From an uncultured Rikenellaceae bacterium (GTDB lineage: Bacteria; Bacteroidota; Bacteroidia; Bacteroidales; Tenuifilaceae), in the NCBI GenBank assembly GCA_964390565.1, contig CAYMII010000001.1, forward strand, positions 47,230 through 111,229: a stretch of DNA of 64,000 nt, read 5' to 3'. Of this stretch, positions 7,167-15,591 are shown one piece after another. Numbering within the stretch: the first letter of the stretch is position 1; every line of letters starts with the position of its first letter. The notes beneath the pieces were generated by a model. The model searched no databases, was not told where the DNA came from, and was given only the letters and a program-made list of their open reading frames with translations. Position numbers and translations under genes: made by a program.

Positions 7167-9377
7167 TTATTTAAAAATTGTCATTCTAATTCCTGCATAA
7201 ATTCTTCTTCCGGATAAAGGTCCCCAAACCATTGATGCATCAAAGTATGGGCTGTATGGGTCTTCAGGCGAAATTATTGGATTTTTCTGCATAAAACCAG
7301 TTAGGTTTTCGCCTCCAATATAAACCTCAAATTTACGGAAATACTTAGTTATTTGAGCATTCATAATTGCGTAAGGCGCAAATGACGATTCATGTTGCAA
7401 ATCAGCAGGATAACCGCTCATATCGGGCATGTTGCCTCCTCCATTAAACTGTACAGAGTAGTCGAATTGCCACTTTTTGAGTGGTGTTTTGTAACCTAAT
7501 GATATTAAGCCTTTGTATTTGCTTAGCAATGGCTTTTGCTCAAGTTTGCCGTTAATTGTGGTTTTTACATCGTTTAGTCGCCAAGCAGCCGTTACATCAA
7601 ACCTTTCGAATGGTTGATAGCTAACCTCTACCTGAAAGCTATTTGAGTAGGATTTGCCTTTAAGGTTGTAGAAGTATATAGAGTTTACATCCTTATTCAT
7701 ATCAACAACAATCTGATTATTGAAATCTGTACGATAGTAATCAGTGCTAATTGTCAATTCCCTTCCATTAAGCTTATATCGCTGGGTGATGTTTAAACCA
7801 GTATTTAACGCTTCCTCCATCTTTGGAGTCTCGCTAATTATAATGTTTCGTGAACTTGCAAGGAGATAGCTGTTTTCGCTGATGATATTAGCCGATCTAA
7901 ACCCTTTACCGATGCTTCCTCTTAGCGTTAATTGTTCAAAAGGTTGATACCTGATGTGTGAACGTGGTGTAATGAAACCTTTATACTTATTATGATAATC
8001 GTATCGAATACCACTCATAAATGTAAACTTTTCGAGAAACTTATAGGTATATTCGAGGTAGCTGCCAGGAACAATTTCTCTTCTATCGAGATTTATGGCA
8101 TTTAACTTTTCGTTATAATCATCATAATTTAAGCTTAACCCAGTTTTAATGCTATGGTTTGTTGTTCCTATATATGTTATGAATATAAAGTTTGAATTAT
8201 AGCTTAGCTGATTTGCATTATAACTCTTTAAGCCAAATTGTGATTTTTGATCGTGGTGAGATACTGAATTGATAAATCCAATACTCGTTTCAGCTCTATC
8301 AAAAATATAGCCCATTTTACTAAATGTTTCGAGTCTCGATATGTTTACATCAATTCCAAATGGATTGCTTGTTGATATTACATCTCCAGCATTGTACTTA
8401 ACATTACCTGCAACGCGCTCCTCGTTTAAATACTTTATACCATATTGCGATTCAAACTTATCTCCGTGATAATTCCAGCGGTTAAATATATTATACTGCC
8501 TTACAAGCGGATGATCAAGGAATGAATCCATATTATGATCTGTTCTATTCTGAGAGTATTCGCCATGTACAAGCACCATAGATGAAAGCTTATCGGTTAC
8601 ATTAAATCCGTAATTAGCATTCACTTCCGACATGCCTTCATCGTTAGAGTACATGTTTACGAAGAGTTTTTCCTCACCTATAGGCTTTTTGTACTCGATG
8701 TTTATTTGTCCTGTAATGCTTTCGTAACCATTAGCAACCGATGCTGTTCCTTTTGATATCTGAATTGATTCCATCCACGAACCCGGAACAAAATTCAACC
8801 CGAAGGTTGATCCTAAACCTCTTAAAATTGGGATGTTTTCAGCTTGCAGCTGTGTATAAGTGCCTGCTAAACCAAGTAATTGTATTTGCTTTGCTCCAGT
8901 TACAGCATCGCTATAGGATACGTCAACAGATGCGTTTGTAACAAAACTCTCGGAAAGGTTACAGCATGCAGCCTTTTGAAGTTCGTTTTTTGTTACAACC
9001 TGGGCTTGAAGAGTGCTTAATCGTTGAAAATGTGCTCCTGATGAATAACCTTTTACTGTAAGATCTTCAAGGTATGCTTCTTGCACTAATGAGTGTTCAA
9101 TAAAATCCTGATCATTCTCAATATGCAAAGTATCGCTCTTGAATCCAACAAAGCTGATAACAAGCATATGGCTGTTTTCGCGTTTTAGCTTAAACTCACC
9201 TTTCGAGTCAGTTGTTGTTCCAATGTTAATACCAGCCCAATAAATATTTGCTCCAGCAATAGGCGTTATTTCGCCTTTCTCATTCTTTTCCATAATTCTT
9301 CCCTTCAAATCTTGGGCATTAATTGAGGCGGTTAAAAAGATGAGATATATACCAATGATATATCTAAATAGTTTCAT
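7167..9377 (-). CDS. TonB-dependent receptor with CarboxypepD_reg-like N-terminal domain
   Basis: Signal peptide, then a DLKGRI...GANIYWAG...TDSKGEFKL carboxypeptidase-regulatory-like domain, then a plug and a long beta-barrel of alternating-hydrophobic strands. 736 aa. Confidence 0.9.
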   Translation of the reverse strand: MKLFRYIIGIYLIFLTASINAQDLKGRIMEKNEKGEITPIAGANIYWAGINIGTTTDSKGEFKLKRENSHMLVISFVGFKSDTLHIENDQDFIEHSLVQEAYLEDLTVKGYSSGAHFQRLSTLQAQVVTKNELQKAACCNLSESFVTNASVDVSYSDAVTGAKQIQLLGLAGTYTQLQAENIPILRGLGSTFGLNFVPGSWMESIQISKGTASVANGYESITGQINIEYKKPIGEEKLFVNMYSNDEGMSEVNANYGFNVTDKLSSMVLVHGEYSQNRTDHNMDSFLDHPLVRQYNIFNRWNYHGDKFESQYGIKYLNEERVAGNVKYNAGDVISTSNPFGIDVNISRLETFSKMGYIFDRAETSIGFINSVSHHDQKSQFGLKSYNANQLSYNSNFIFITYIGTTNHSIKTGLSLNYDDYNEKLNAINLDRREIVPGSYLEYTYKFLEKFTFMSGIRYDYHNKYKGFITPRSHIRYQPFEQLTLRGSIGKGFRSANIISENSYLLASSRNIIISETPKMEEALNTGLNITQRYKLNGRELTISTDYYRTDFNNQIVVDMNKDVNSIYFYNLKGKSYSNSFQVEVSYQPFERFDVTAAWRLNDVKTTINGKLEQKPLLSKYKGLISLGYKTPLKKWQFDYSVQFNGGGNMPDMSGYPADLQHESSFAPYAIMNAQITKYFRKFEVYIGGENLTGFMQKNPIISPEDPYSPYFDASMVWGPLSGRRIYAGIRMTIFK

Positions 9378-9472
9378 AGCAATTAGTTATGATTAATTAA
9401 TAACTTCTAATAGCCTGTTAGGCTAAAAGTTGATAGTTAAAATTCAACCTTTGAATTTTAAACTCAAAAGCG

Positions 9473-9943
9473 CTATGAAATGAAATCAGGAGTTTTACTC
9501 TGATGAAGCAGGTTGATAAGAGCTCGACCTGCCGGTTTTATAGGCGGTGAATTTGTGGGGAGATAAAGATTATTTTTCTCTGTTACGCCTTGACCTAATC
9601 CAGCAGCTTCGTTTTTGTTATTAAAATGATGTATTGCAAGAAAATCGTTATCTGAAATTAAAACTGGAGTGTTAGAAACTGTAAACTGCTCATCAACCTT
9701 TATCGTAAAATGTTCAGTTTTGCAACCACAATCGCTATCTGAATCAATAACAATATCGAGGTTGATAGTCTCACAACAAGTATGGACTTGTGCTTCATGA
9801 CATTTATGCTCAACAAAAAGGGTTGCTATTACTCTACCTTCACAGGCACAATTATGAACAAAAATGCTAAGCCCAGTTGATGCTGCTATAAAAGGAATAA
9901 GCAGAACCACTGCAACAATTTTATATGTTAAACGCTTTAGCAT
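9473..9943 (-). CDS. membrane-anchored Cys/His-rich protein, HYC_CC_PP-like
   Basis: There is an N-terminal TM, then the motifs HNCAC, HKCHEAQVHTCCE, DCGCKTEH and, later, NSPPIKP. The order H-x-C, CC, PP matches my memory of the HYC_CC_PP family description. This was not verified by search. Confidence 0.45.
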   Translation of the reverse strand: MLKRLTYKIVAVVLLIPFIAASTGLSIFVHNCACEGRVIATLFVEHKCHEAQVHTCCETINLDIVIDSDSDCGCKTEHFTIKVDEQFTVSNTPVLISDNDFLAIHHFNNKNEAAGLGQGVTEKNNLYLPTNSPPIKPAGRALINLLHQSKTPDFIS

Positions 9944-10085
9944 CTTAATATAATTCGAAGTCTATTACGCTTGCAAAGCTATAAGGTTACGATTCATTTA
10001 ACAAGAAAGTGGCGTTATAGTTTTGTTAAATAATCGAGGATTCATTTTTTTTACTTACTTTCGGTTAATTAATATCTGTGGTGGT

Positions 10086-11996
10086 ATGGGATTGGTTAAG
10101 CGAATAGGATTAGTTGCATGCATATTATTATCCGTTCAGAGTTTCTCACAAACGAACGATATTTTTATCCCCATTAACGTTCAAAAGGCTATTGCCAAGA
10201 AAACAAGATCAAATGATGGAAAGCCCGGAATGCTTTACTGGCAGAACCGTGCAGACTATAAGATTGATGTAAATTTAGATCCTAAAACACTTCTAATCTC
10301 AGGTTCTGAAGTTATAACGTACACAAATAACAGCCCCGATACCTTAAAGCATCTAATTTTTCATCTTTTTCCAAATATGTTTAAAAAGGGAAATATGCGT
10401 GATGCTGACATTGAACCCGCTGATGAATCGGAGGGTGTTTTCATTGATAAAATCTCGATAAATGGTTTTGAACTGACTGAGCAGGAAATGGCCGAATTAC
10501 TTTATACAGAGCATACTTTGCTTCGTTTAAAGCTGAAGAAAAAACTATTGCCCGATAAGCAAATTTCAATTCAAATCAGTTGGCATTATACGCTAAATAG
10601 GAATTCACACATAAGAACTGGAGCTGTTGATTCAACAAGTTTCTTTGTTGCCTACTTTTTCCCTCGCATTGCCGTTTACGACGACATTGATGGCTGGAAT
10701 TACTACAAGTATACTAACGGGCAGGAGTTTTATAATGATTTTGGCAATTTTGATGTTTCTATAACAATGCCTAATAACTATGTTGTATGGGCAACAGGAA
10801 TACTTTCAAACCCCGATGAGGTTTTGGCTGATAAATACCTAGCTAGGTACAAGGCGGCCACCCAATCAAATGTTGTAATGAAAATTATTGATATCAACGA
10901 TCTCGAAAACCCAGAATTTACAAGATCGAAGGAAAATAGTACTTGGCGATTTAAGGCTGAGAATGTATCTGATTTTGCATTTGGAACAAGTAATCACTAT
11001 CTATGGGATGCCACAAGCGTTATAGTTGATAAGAAAACGGGAAGAAAAACAATGCTCGATGTTGCTTACAATAAGGATTCAAAGGATTTTTATAAGGTCG
11101 TAAATTATGGTCGCCAAGCCATTGAATTAATGAGTTTTAACTTTCCTGCAGTTCCATTTCCTTTCCCAAAAATTACAATTTTTAATGGTTTAAGCGAGAT
11201 GGAGTACCCAATGATTGTTAATAATCGTTCATACGAAGATGTGCACAGCACCATTGACTTAACAGCACATGAAATATTTCACTCCTATTTCCCATTTTAC
11301 TGCGGTTTTAATGAGGTAAAACATGCTTGGATGGATGAAGGGCTTACAACTTTCTCTACTTATTATTATGTTTCGGAGATGGACCCCAATTTCGCCAAGT
11401 TATGCTTTGTAGAGGAGTATCAACCCGATATGGGCTCAATGTTAGATTTGCCTCTATTTACAAATTCAAATACGCTCCGAAATCCTGTGTACGAGTACTT
11501 ATCATACCCGAAATCAGCATTATTCTTCCTTAACCTAAAAGATTTGATTGGCGATGAGCTATTTAAAAAGGCTTTACATGAGTTTATGACTCAATGGAAA
11601 GGTAAGCACCCTTTGCCAATGGATTTTTTAAATACAATTACAAATGTTTCGGGTAAAGATATCCATTGGTTCATTAAACCTTGGGTTTATGAATTTGGGT
11701 ATGTCGATTTAAGCATTAAAGAAATTGTTGAAAAGAATGATAAATACGCCATAAACATTGAGCGTATTGGACGTTATCCGTCTATGATTGATCTAAAGAT
11801 TATTTATCAAGATGGAACAACTGAAAAAGTTCATTACTCCCCAGAAGTATGGAAAAACGATGCATCTAGTTTTATTATCGAAAAGACTCTATTTAGAAAA
11901 ATACAAAAGGTCGAACTGCTCGATGAGCATGGAGTAGATGTAAATCCATCCAATAACTCCTATATTGTTAATGGCTGGAGGTTGAATAATAGGTAG
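10086..11996 (+). CDS. M1-family zinc metallopeptidase (aminopeptidase N-like), secreted
   Basis: HEIFH followed 18 residues later by the E of WMDEG gives HExxH-X18-E. There is a signal peptide after ATG 10086 (MGLVKRIGLVACILLSVQSFSQ). The track start at 10023 is TTG and less likely. Confidence 0.85.
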   Translation: MGLVKRIGLVACILLSVQSFSQTNDIFIPINVQKAIAKKTRSNDGKPGMLYWQNRADYKIDVNLDPKTLLISGSEVITYTNNSPDTLKHLIFHLFPNMFKKGNMRDADIEPADESEGVFIDKISINGFELTEQEMAELLYTEHTLLRLKLKKKLLPDKQISIQISWHYTLNRNSHIRTGAVDSTSFFVAYFFPRIAVYDDIDGWNYYKYTNGQEFYNDFGNFDVSITMPNNYVVWATGILSNPDEVLADKYLARYKAATQSNVVMKIIDINDLENPEFTRSKENSTWRFKAENVSDFAFGTSNHYLWDATSVIVDKKTGRKTMLDVAYNKDSKDFYKVVNYGRQAIELMSFNFPAVPFPFPKITIFNGLSEMEYPMIVNNRSYEDVHSTIDLTAHEIFHSYFPFYCGFNEVKHAWMDEGLTTFSTYYYVSEMDPNFAKLCFVEEYQPDMGSMLDLPLFTNSNTLRNPVYEYLSYPKSALFFLNLKDLIGDELFKKALHEFMTQWKGKHPLPMDFLNTITNVSGKDIHWFIKPWVYEFGYVDLSIKEIVEKNDKYAINIERIGRYPSMIDLKIIYQDGTTEKVHYSPEVWKNDASSFIIEKTLFRKIQKVELLDEHGVDVNPSNNSYIVNGWRLNNR

Positions 11997-12034
11997 ATGC
12001 GTCTCATCTCTCACCTCTTATAACTCATAACAAT

Positions 12035-13144
12035 CTACCTAACAATCATCATCTTCCTAACCTTATGCAATTTTGGTGTATCGAGCACTAAGAAATAAAT
12101 TCCTTGATGAGCATTTTCTGGGTACCAATCAACACTGTAGTTACCGGCAGTTTTAAACCCATGGATTAGAGTAGCAACTGTATTTCCAAGCATATCATTT
12201 ACCCTTATCGTAACATCAGAGTTTTCAGGGAGATTATACTTAATCGTTGTTTTTTCTTTAAATGGATTTGGAGAGTTTGGCTCAAGAATCTCAGTGAATT
12301 GAAGGTTTGGGTTTTCAATATCGGTGCTTGTAAGCGATGGTTTCCCCGCTGTAACCCAAGCGGTATAAATCAGCTCTGCCAATGCATGAGATGCATTTTT
12401 GAAAAGCATAACCGTATATTTGCTCGACTTACTCCACATTGCATCATAATATATTGATGAAGAAGTGCTTCCTCCGCTAATGCTTTTTGCATAATTATCA
12501 GCAATTATAATTGAATCAGCATATTTGTTATTCTCGTAGATGTAATTAAATATATACTGGTTAACATTTGGAATTACATTAATACTTGAGCCTGAATATA
12601 TAATACTTGAATTCTTTGCATTTATCATTGATGTTTCAAATCGAGAATGGATACCATCATTGCCAGTGTATTGTCCATCATAGTTTTTAGTAATGTGCAG
12701 GGGCATATGCCCATCGGCAACGTAATGCCCTAGATTTGCTGCAAACTGCTTGGCTTTATCAAATTCTCGTGCTACAAAACAGTTAACAAGATAGTTGTAA
12801 GTTTCTTCTGTAACCCAAGGAAGAGCTCCACCTTGATTGCTGTTGATAAAGGTTGTCCCGTATTTATTGCAAGCTAAAGAGTAGTTTTGTTCAATTTTCC
12901 CATCCTGATTAAATCCGGGATAGTTATCAATATCAATATAGTGTCTCGTTTTAGATTCTCCGTTAAAGTCAGGATCCGAGGCGTGATCTTTAATGAATGT
13001 AATCCACGAGTTAAACTCGCTCATCTCGGAGTTAAACGAAAGCCCTGCGTATTCGCTAATCTTTTTATGACCTGTTCCTCCCCAGCTAACTAGTAGCAAG
13101 GTGAGGAGTAATGCGGAAAAGGGTATAAATATCTTCTTTATCAC
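12035..13144 (-). CDS. S1/P1 nuclease / zinc phospholipase C superfamily protein with T9SS C-terminal sorting domain
   Basis: The predicted mature N-terminus WGGTGHKKI resembles the Trp1-...GH zinc site of S1/P1 nucleases, and HYVADGHMPLH is present. The C-terminal ~80 aa (NSPNPF...GIYFLVL...) is T9SS type A CTD-like. Confidence 0.65.
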   Translation of the reverse strand: MIKKIFIPFSALLLTLLLVSWGGTGHKKISEYAGLSFNSEMSEFNSWITFIKDHASDPDFNGESKTRHYIDIDNYPGFNQDGKIEQNYSLACNKYGTTFINSNQGGALPWVTEETYNYLVNCFVAREFDKAKQFAANLGHYVADGHMPLHITKNYDGQYTGNDGIHSRFETSMINAKNSSIIYSGSSINVIPNVNQYIFNYIYENNKYADSIIIADNYAKSISGGSTSSSIYYDAMWSKSSKYTVMLFKNASHALAELIYTAWVTAGKPSLTSTDIENPNLQFTEILEPNSPNPFKEKTTIKYNLPENSDVTIRVNDMLGNTVATLIHGFKTAGNYSVDWYPENAHQGIYFLVLDTPKLHKVRKMMIVR

Positions 13145-13288
13145 GTTATTATAAATTACAGTGTAAAACTAAACATTCTCAAAATCATTAAACGATATAA
13201 ACAGTCATAGGTTTAATCTCAGCAAGAAACTTGGTAAAAAAGCATAAAAAATGGGCAGTAAACAGAATTTTTCAAGGGTATGAAATGA

Positions 13289-13318
13289 AACAGGAGCGAA
13301 TATAAGCTCGCTCCTGTT
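13289..13318 (-). terminator. stem-loop downstream of the polyferredoxin gene
   Basis: aacaggagcga (13289-13299) is the exact reverse complement of tcgctcctgtt (13308-13318). The minus-strand tail is moderately T-rich (ttcatttcat). Confidence 0.45.
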
Positions 13319-13337
13319 CAAGGCATAACTTGCTAAT

Positions 13338-14951
13338 CTATTTTAATCTTAGAATTACTTCTTTTCCACTCGTTAGATTGGGCGCTTTTGCTATGCTTAC
13401 AACTTCATAGTTTAAGTCAAACATTTGAGTTGTTTTATCGGAAAGTACTTTTTCAACCTGCTTTTGTTCAACAATACTTTTGATTAATTCTTGAGTAATT
13501 GTTATATCATTTGCGGTGTAGATAGTAACTTTTACAGGGCAATCAAATTCGGTTGTAAATCCATAGATTAACTTATTTTGTTTTAGAAGTAAGGTTAGGT
13601 AGTTTGTATCGTAAGGGTCGAAGAAATTATCAACCTTTAGGTTGAAAACCTGAACGCTATCAGTTTCATCTATCGATTTTTGGATTAATACCTTTACTGG
13701 TACAAAAATAGTTTTTTGAACGCTCAAGGTGTCAATAATAGTTGGATCGAACCAAACTTTTACGGTTTTTGTGCCAACATATGTTGATACTCCAGTAACC
13801 CCTTTAACTTTTCTCATCTTGTTCGAAAAGCTCTTCGAGCTGCCAAAGCACTTGATATTTTTTAAACCCGATTGTTGATAAACACTCATATGATCCTTTT
13901 TGCTTGCATCGCCCCAATATTCAGCAATGGTTGGAACTTCAAACGTTTTTCCAACTATAATTCCAATAATAATTAGAATAGCAAGTATTAATGCGGTTAA
14001 CCAATTTCTTCCTTTTCGGTTAATGGCTAAAGTATCTTTCTCGGGACAAACCTGAATGCAGTCGCCACACATATTGCAATCAACGTGCTTAACTGTTTCT
14101 TGCGAAGCTACATCAATAGCTTGGGGACAGGCTTTGTTGCATAATTTGCAGCTAGTACAAGTTTCAGTGTTTCTGGTAATCTTAAGAAATGGGAAAACTT
14201 TGTTTTTTAGACTAAGTAGTTCAAGAATGTATGCCGAGATGCAGAGGATTGAAAGCAGCCAAACAAAGCTAATTTTAACACCAAACCAAAGCAGTAAAAC
14301 ATAAATTGAGGTTAGGGATACAAAAAGAATAAAGAATCTGAATACATTCGATAATGCGCCTAGGGGACAAATATATTTACACCAAAAAAGTCTGATATAG
14401 AATGAACCTAGAATTACTAGTACTAGTGATGAAATAGCCATTATTATTGAAACATCCGAGTCGAAACCTGTAACAGCAGCGTAGTATGGGTCGAATTTTT
14501 TACAGAACAGTTCACTTGATGTTACAGTGAAATAAACGGTAATAAAGAGCAATACATATTTTAGCGAACGTAATACTTTATCGGCTATGCCTAAAATAGT
14601 ATAGCGTATTTTTAGCTTTTCGCCTAGCTTACCAATCCATTCCGAAACTGTTCCAATAGGGCAGATGAATGAACAGAAAAGTTTACTTACAAGAACAATT
14701 ACAGCAATTAGAATAACACCCATAACGATTTGTGCGCTGGTCATTGAGCAGGCCAGAGAGTTGTTAACAAAGTAGCTCGATAGAGCTTGAACTCCACCAA
14801 ATGGGCAGTATGCTTCGAAATCGGGGTAGTAGCTCTTATCAGCATAAAATCTTATACCCATGAATACTAAAAAACCGATTACTGCTAGTTGAAAAATCAA
14901 CCTAAAAGGATTTGTTTTAAACTTTTGCATTTGAAAAATTATTTGAGACAT
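13338..14951 (-). CDS. NapH/MauN-like polytopic 4Fe-4S polyferredoxin with C-terminal extracytoplasmic HMA-like domains
   Basis: Membrane CPFGG, CSFICPIGT and CKYICPLGA motifs. Two ferredoxin clusters, CTSCKLCNKACP and CNMCGDCIQVCP. A further TM is followed by ~200 aa with an HMA-like beta-alpha-beta pattern (KVKGVTGVSTYVGTKTVKVWFDP) but no CxxC. I prefer ATG 14951, because the track TTG at 14963 sits inside the upstream terminator T-run. Confidence 0.75.
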   Translation of the reverse strand: MSQIIFQMQKFKTNPFRLIFQLAVIGFLVFMGIRFYADKSYYPDFEAYCPFGGVQALSSYFVNNSLACSMTSAQIVMGVILIAVIVLVSKLFCSFICPIGTVSEWIGKLGEKLKIRYTILGIADKVLRSLKYVLLFITVYFTVTSSELFCKKFDPYYAAVTGFDSDVSIIMAISSLVLVILGSFYIRLFWCKYICPLGALSNVFRFFILFVSLTSIYVLLLWFGVKISFVWLLSILCISAYILELLSLKNKVFPFLKITRNTETCTSCKLCNKACPQAIDVASQETVKHVDCNMCGDCIQVCPEKDTLAINRKGRNWLTALILAILIIIGIIVGKTFEVPTIAEYWGDASKKDHMSVYQQSGLKNIKCFGSSKSFSNKMRKVKGVTGVSTYVGTKTVKVWFDPTIIDTLSVQKTIFVPVKVLIQKSIDETDSVQVFNLKVDNFFDPYDTNYLTLLLKQNKLIYGFTTEFDCPVKVTIYTANDITITQELIKSIVEQKQVEKVLSDKTTQMFDLNYEVVSIAKAPNLTSGKEVILRLK

Positions 14952-14964
14952 AAAGTTAAACAAA

Positions 14965-14995
14965 AAATCCCTAGCAGATGAGCGTCTAGGGATTT
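14965..14995 (-). terminator. intrinsic terminator after the Cys/Lys-rich gene
   Basis: aaatccctag (14965-14974) pairs with ctagggattt (14986-14995). On the minus strand the hairpin is followed by TTTTTTG. Confidence 0.65.
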
Positions 14996-15033
14996 TAAGG
15001 TTTTTAAACCTAAATAAACCAAATTAACTAATA

Positions 15034-15426
15034 CTATTTCTTAGGGCATTCTTTCTTGCAATCGGCTGATTTTGTGCAAGTTTTTGCATCTTTAGTGCAG
15101 CTGGCTGATTTATTTGTACAATCTTTCTTTGTGCACTCGCCCGATTTAGCGCAAGCTTCTTTCTTATCACACTTCTCGCATTTAGCTTTATCGCAAGTTT
15201 TTTTATCAGCGCATTTTGCTTTGCAAGCAGTTGTATCAGCTGGGGTTGTTACATCAGCGCAGGTCGAAGCGCTAGGGCAACCGCTGCAGCTCTCTGGAAG
15301 ACAACTCTCAGTTTTTTCAGTAGCAGTAACTTTTTCGTTTTTTCCGCTTTGAGCGCCTAAAGCAATTACAACGATTAATGCTAAAACAGCAAAACTTGCA
15401 ATACCAACAATAATTCTCTTTTTCAT
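15034..15426 (-). CDS. membrane-anchored Cys/Lys-rich (metallothionein-like) protein
   Basis: N-terminal anchor MKKRIIVGIASFAVLALIVVIALGA. The ~95-aa tail has 16 Cys at 3-8-residue spacing embedded in Lys/Asp/Thr (CKAKCADKKTCDKAKCEKCDKKEACAKSGECTKKDC...). It has its own terminator. The antisense ORF 15056-15352 is a mirror artefact. Confidence 0.7.
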   Translation of the reverse strand: MKKRIIVGIASFAVLALIVVIALGAQSGKNEKVTATEKTESCLPESCSGCPSASTCADVTTPADTTACKAKCADKKTCDKAKCEKCDKKEACAKSGECTKKDCTNKSASCTKDAKTCTKSADCKKECPKK

Positions 15427-15513
15427 ATTTATGATTTTAGTTTGATGATTTTCAATTTAAACTGCATTACAGCAATACAGCATCACAAAAGTAGTTTCTT
15501 GTAAGCGAAGAGA

Positions 15514-15554
15514 ATGTTATAGCGTGGTTAATTCATGTTATAGAGATGTTAAAT
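15514..15554. promoter_or_regulatory. direct repeats ATGTTATAG (x2, 21 bp apart) plus ATGTTAAAT (11 bp further) in the divergent intergenic region
   Basis: Read directly at 15514-15522, 15535-15543 and 15546-15554. The helical-phase spacing fits binding by an OmpR/PhoB-type regulator. Confidence 0.35.
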
Positions 15555-15579
15555 TTCTCTTTTTGAATCAAATCATTGC

Positions 15580-15587
15580 TATTTTTG
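15580..15587 (+). promoter_or_regulatory. TAnnTTTG (-7-like) box 4 nt upstream of the kinase ATG
   Basis: tatttttg at 15580-15587 matches the Bacteroidota sigma-A -7 consensus TAnnTTTG. Its position would imply a leaderless or near-leaderless mRNA. Confidence 0.3.
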
Positions 15588-15591
15588 CAAC

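Noticed and set aside
15056-15352. 98-aa plus-strand ORF antisense to the Cys/Lys-rich gene
   Set aside because: It is a mirror artefact of the low-complexity region. The minus-strand frame has a clear signal-anchor, a start context and its own hairpin plus T-run terminator, and the plus frame has none of these.
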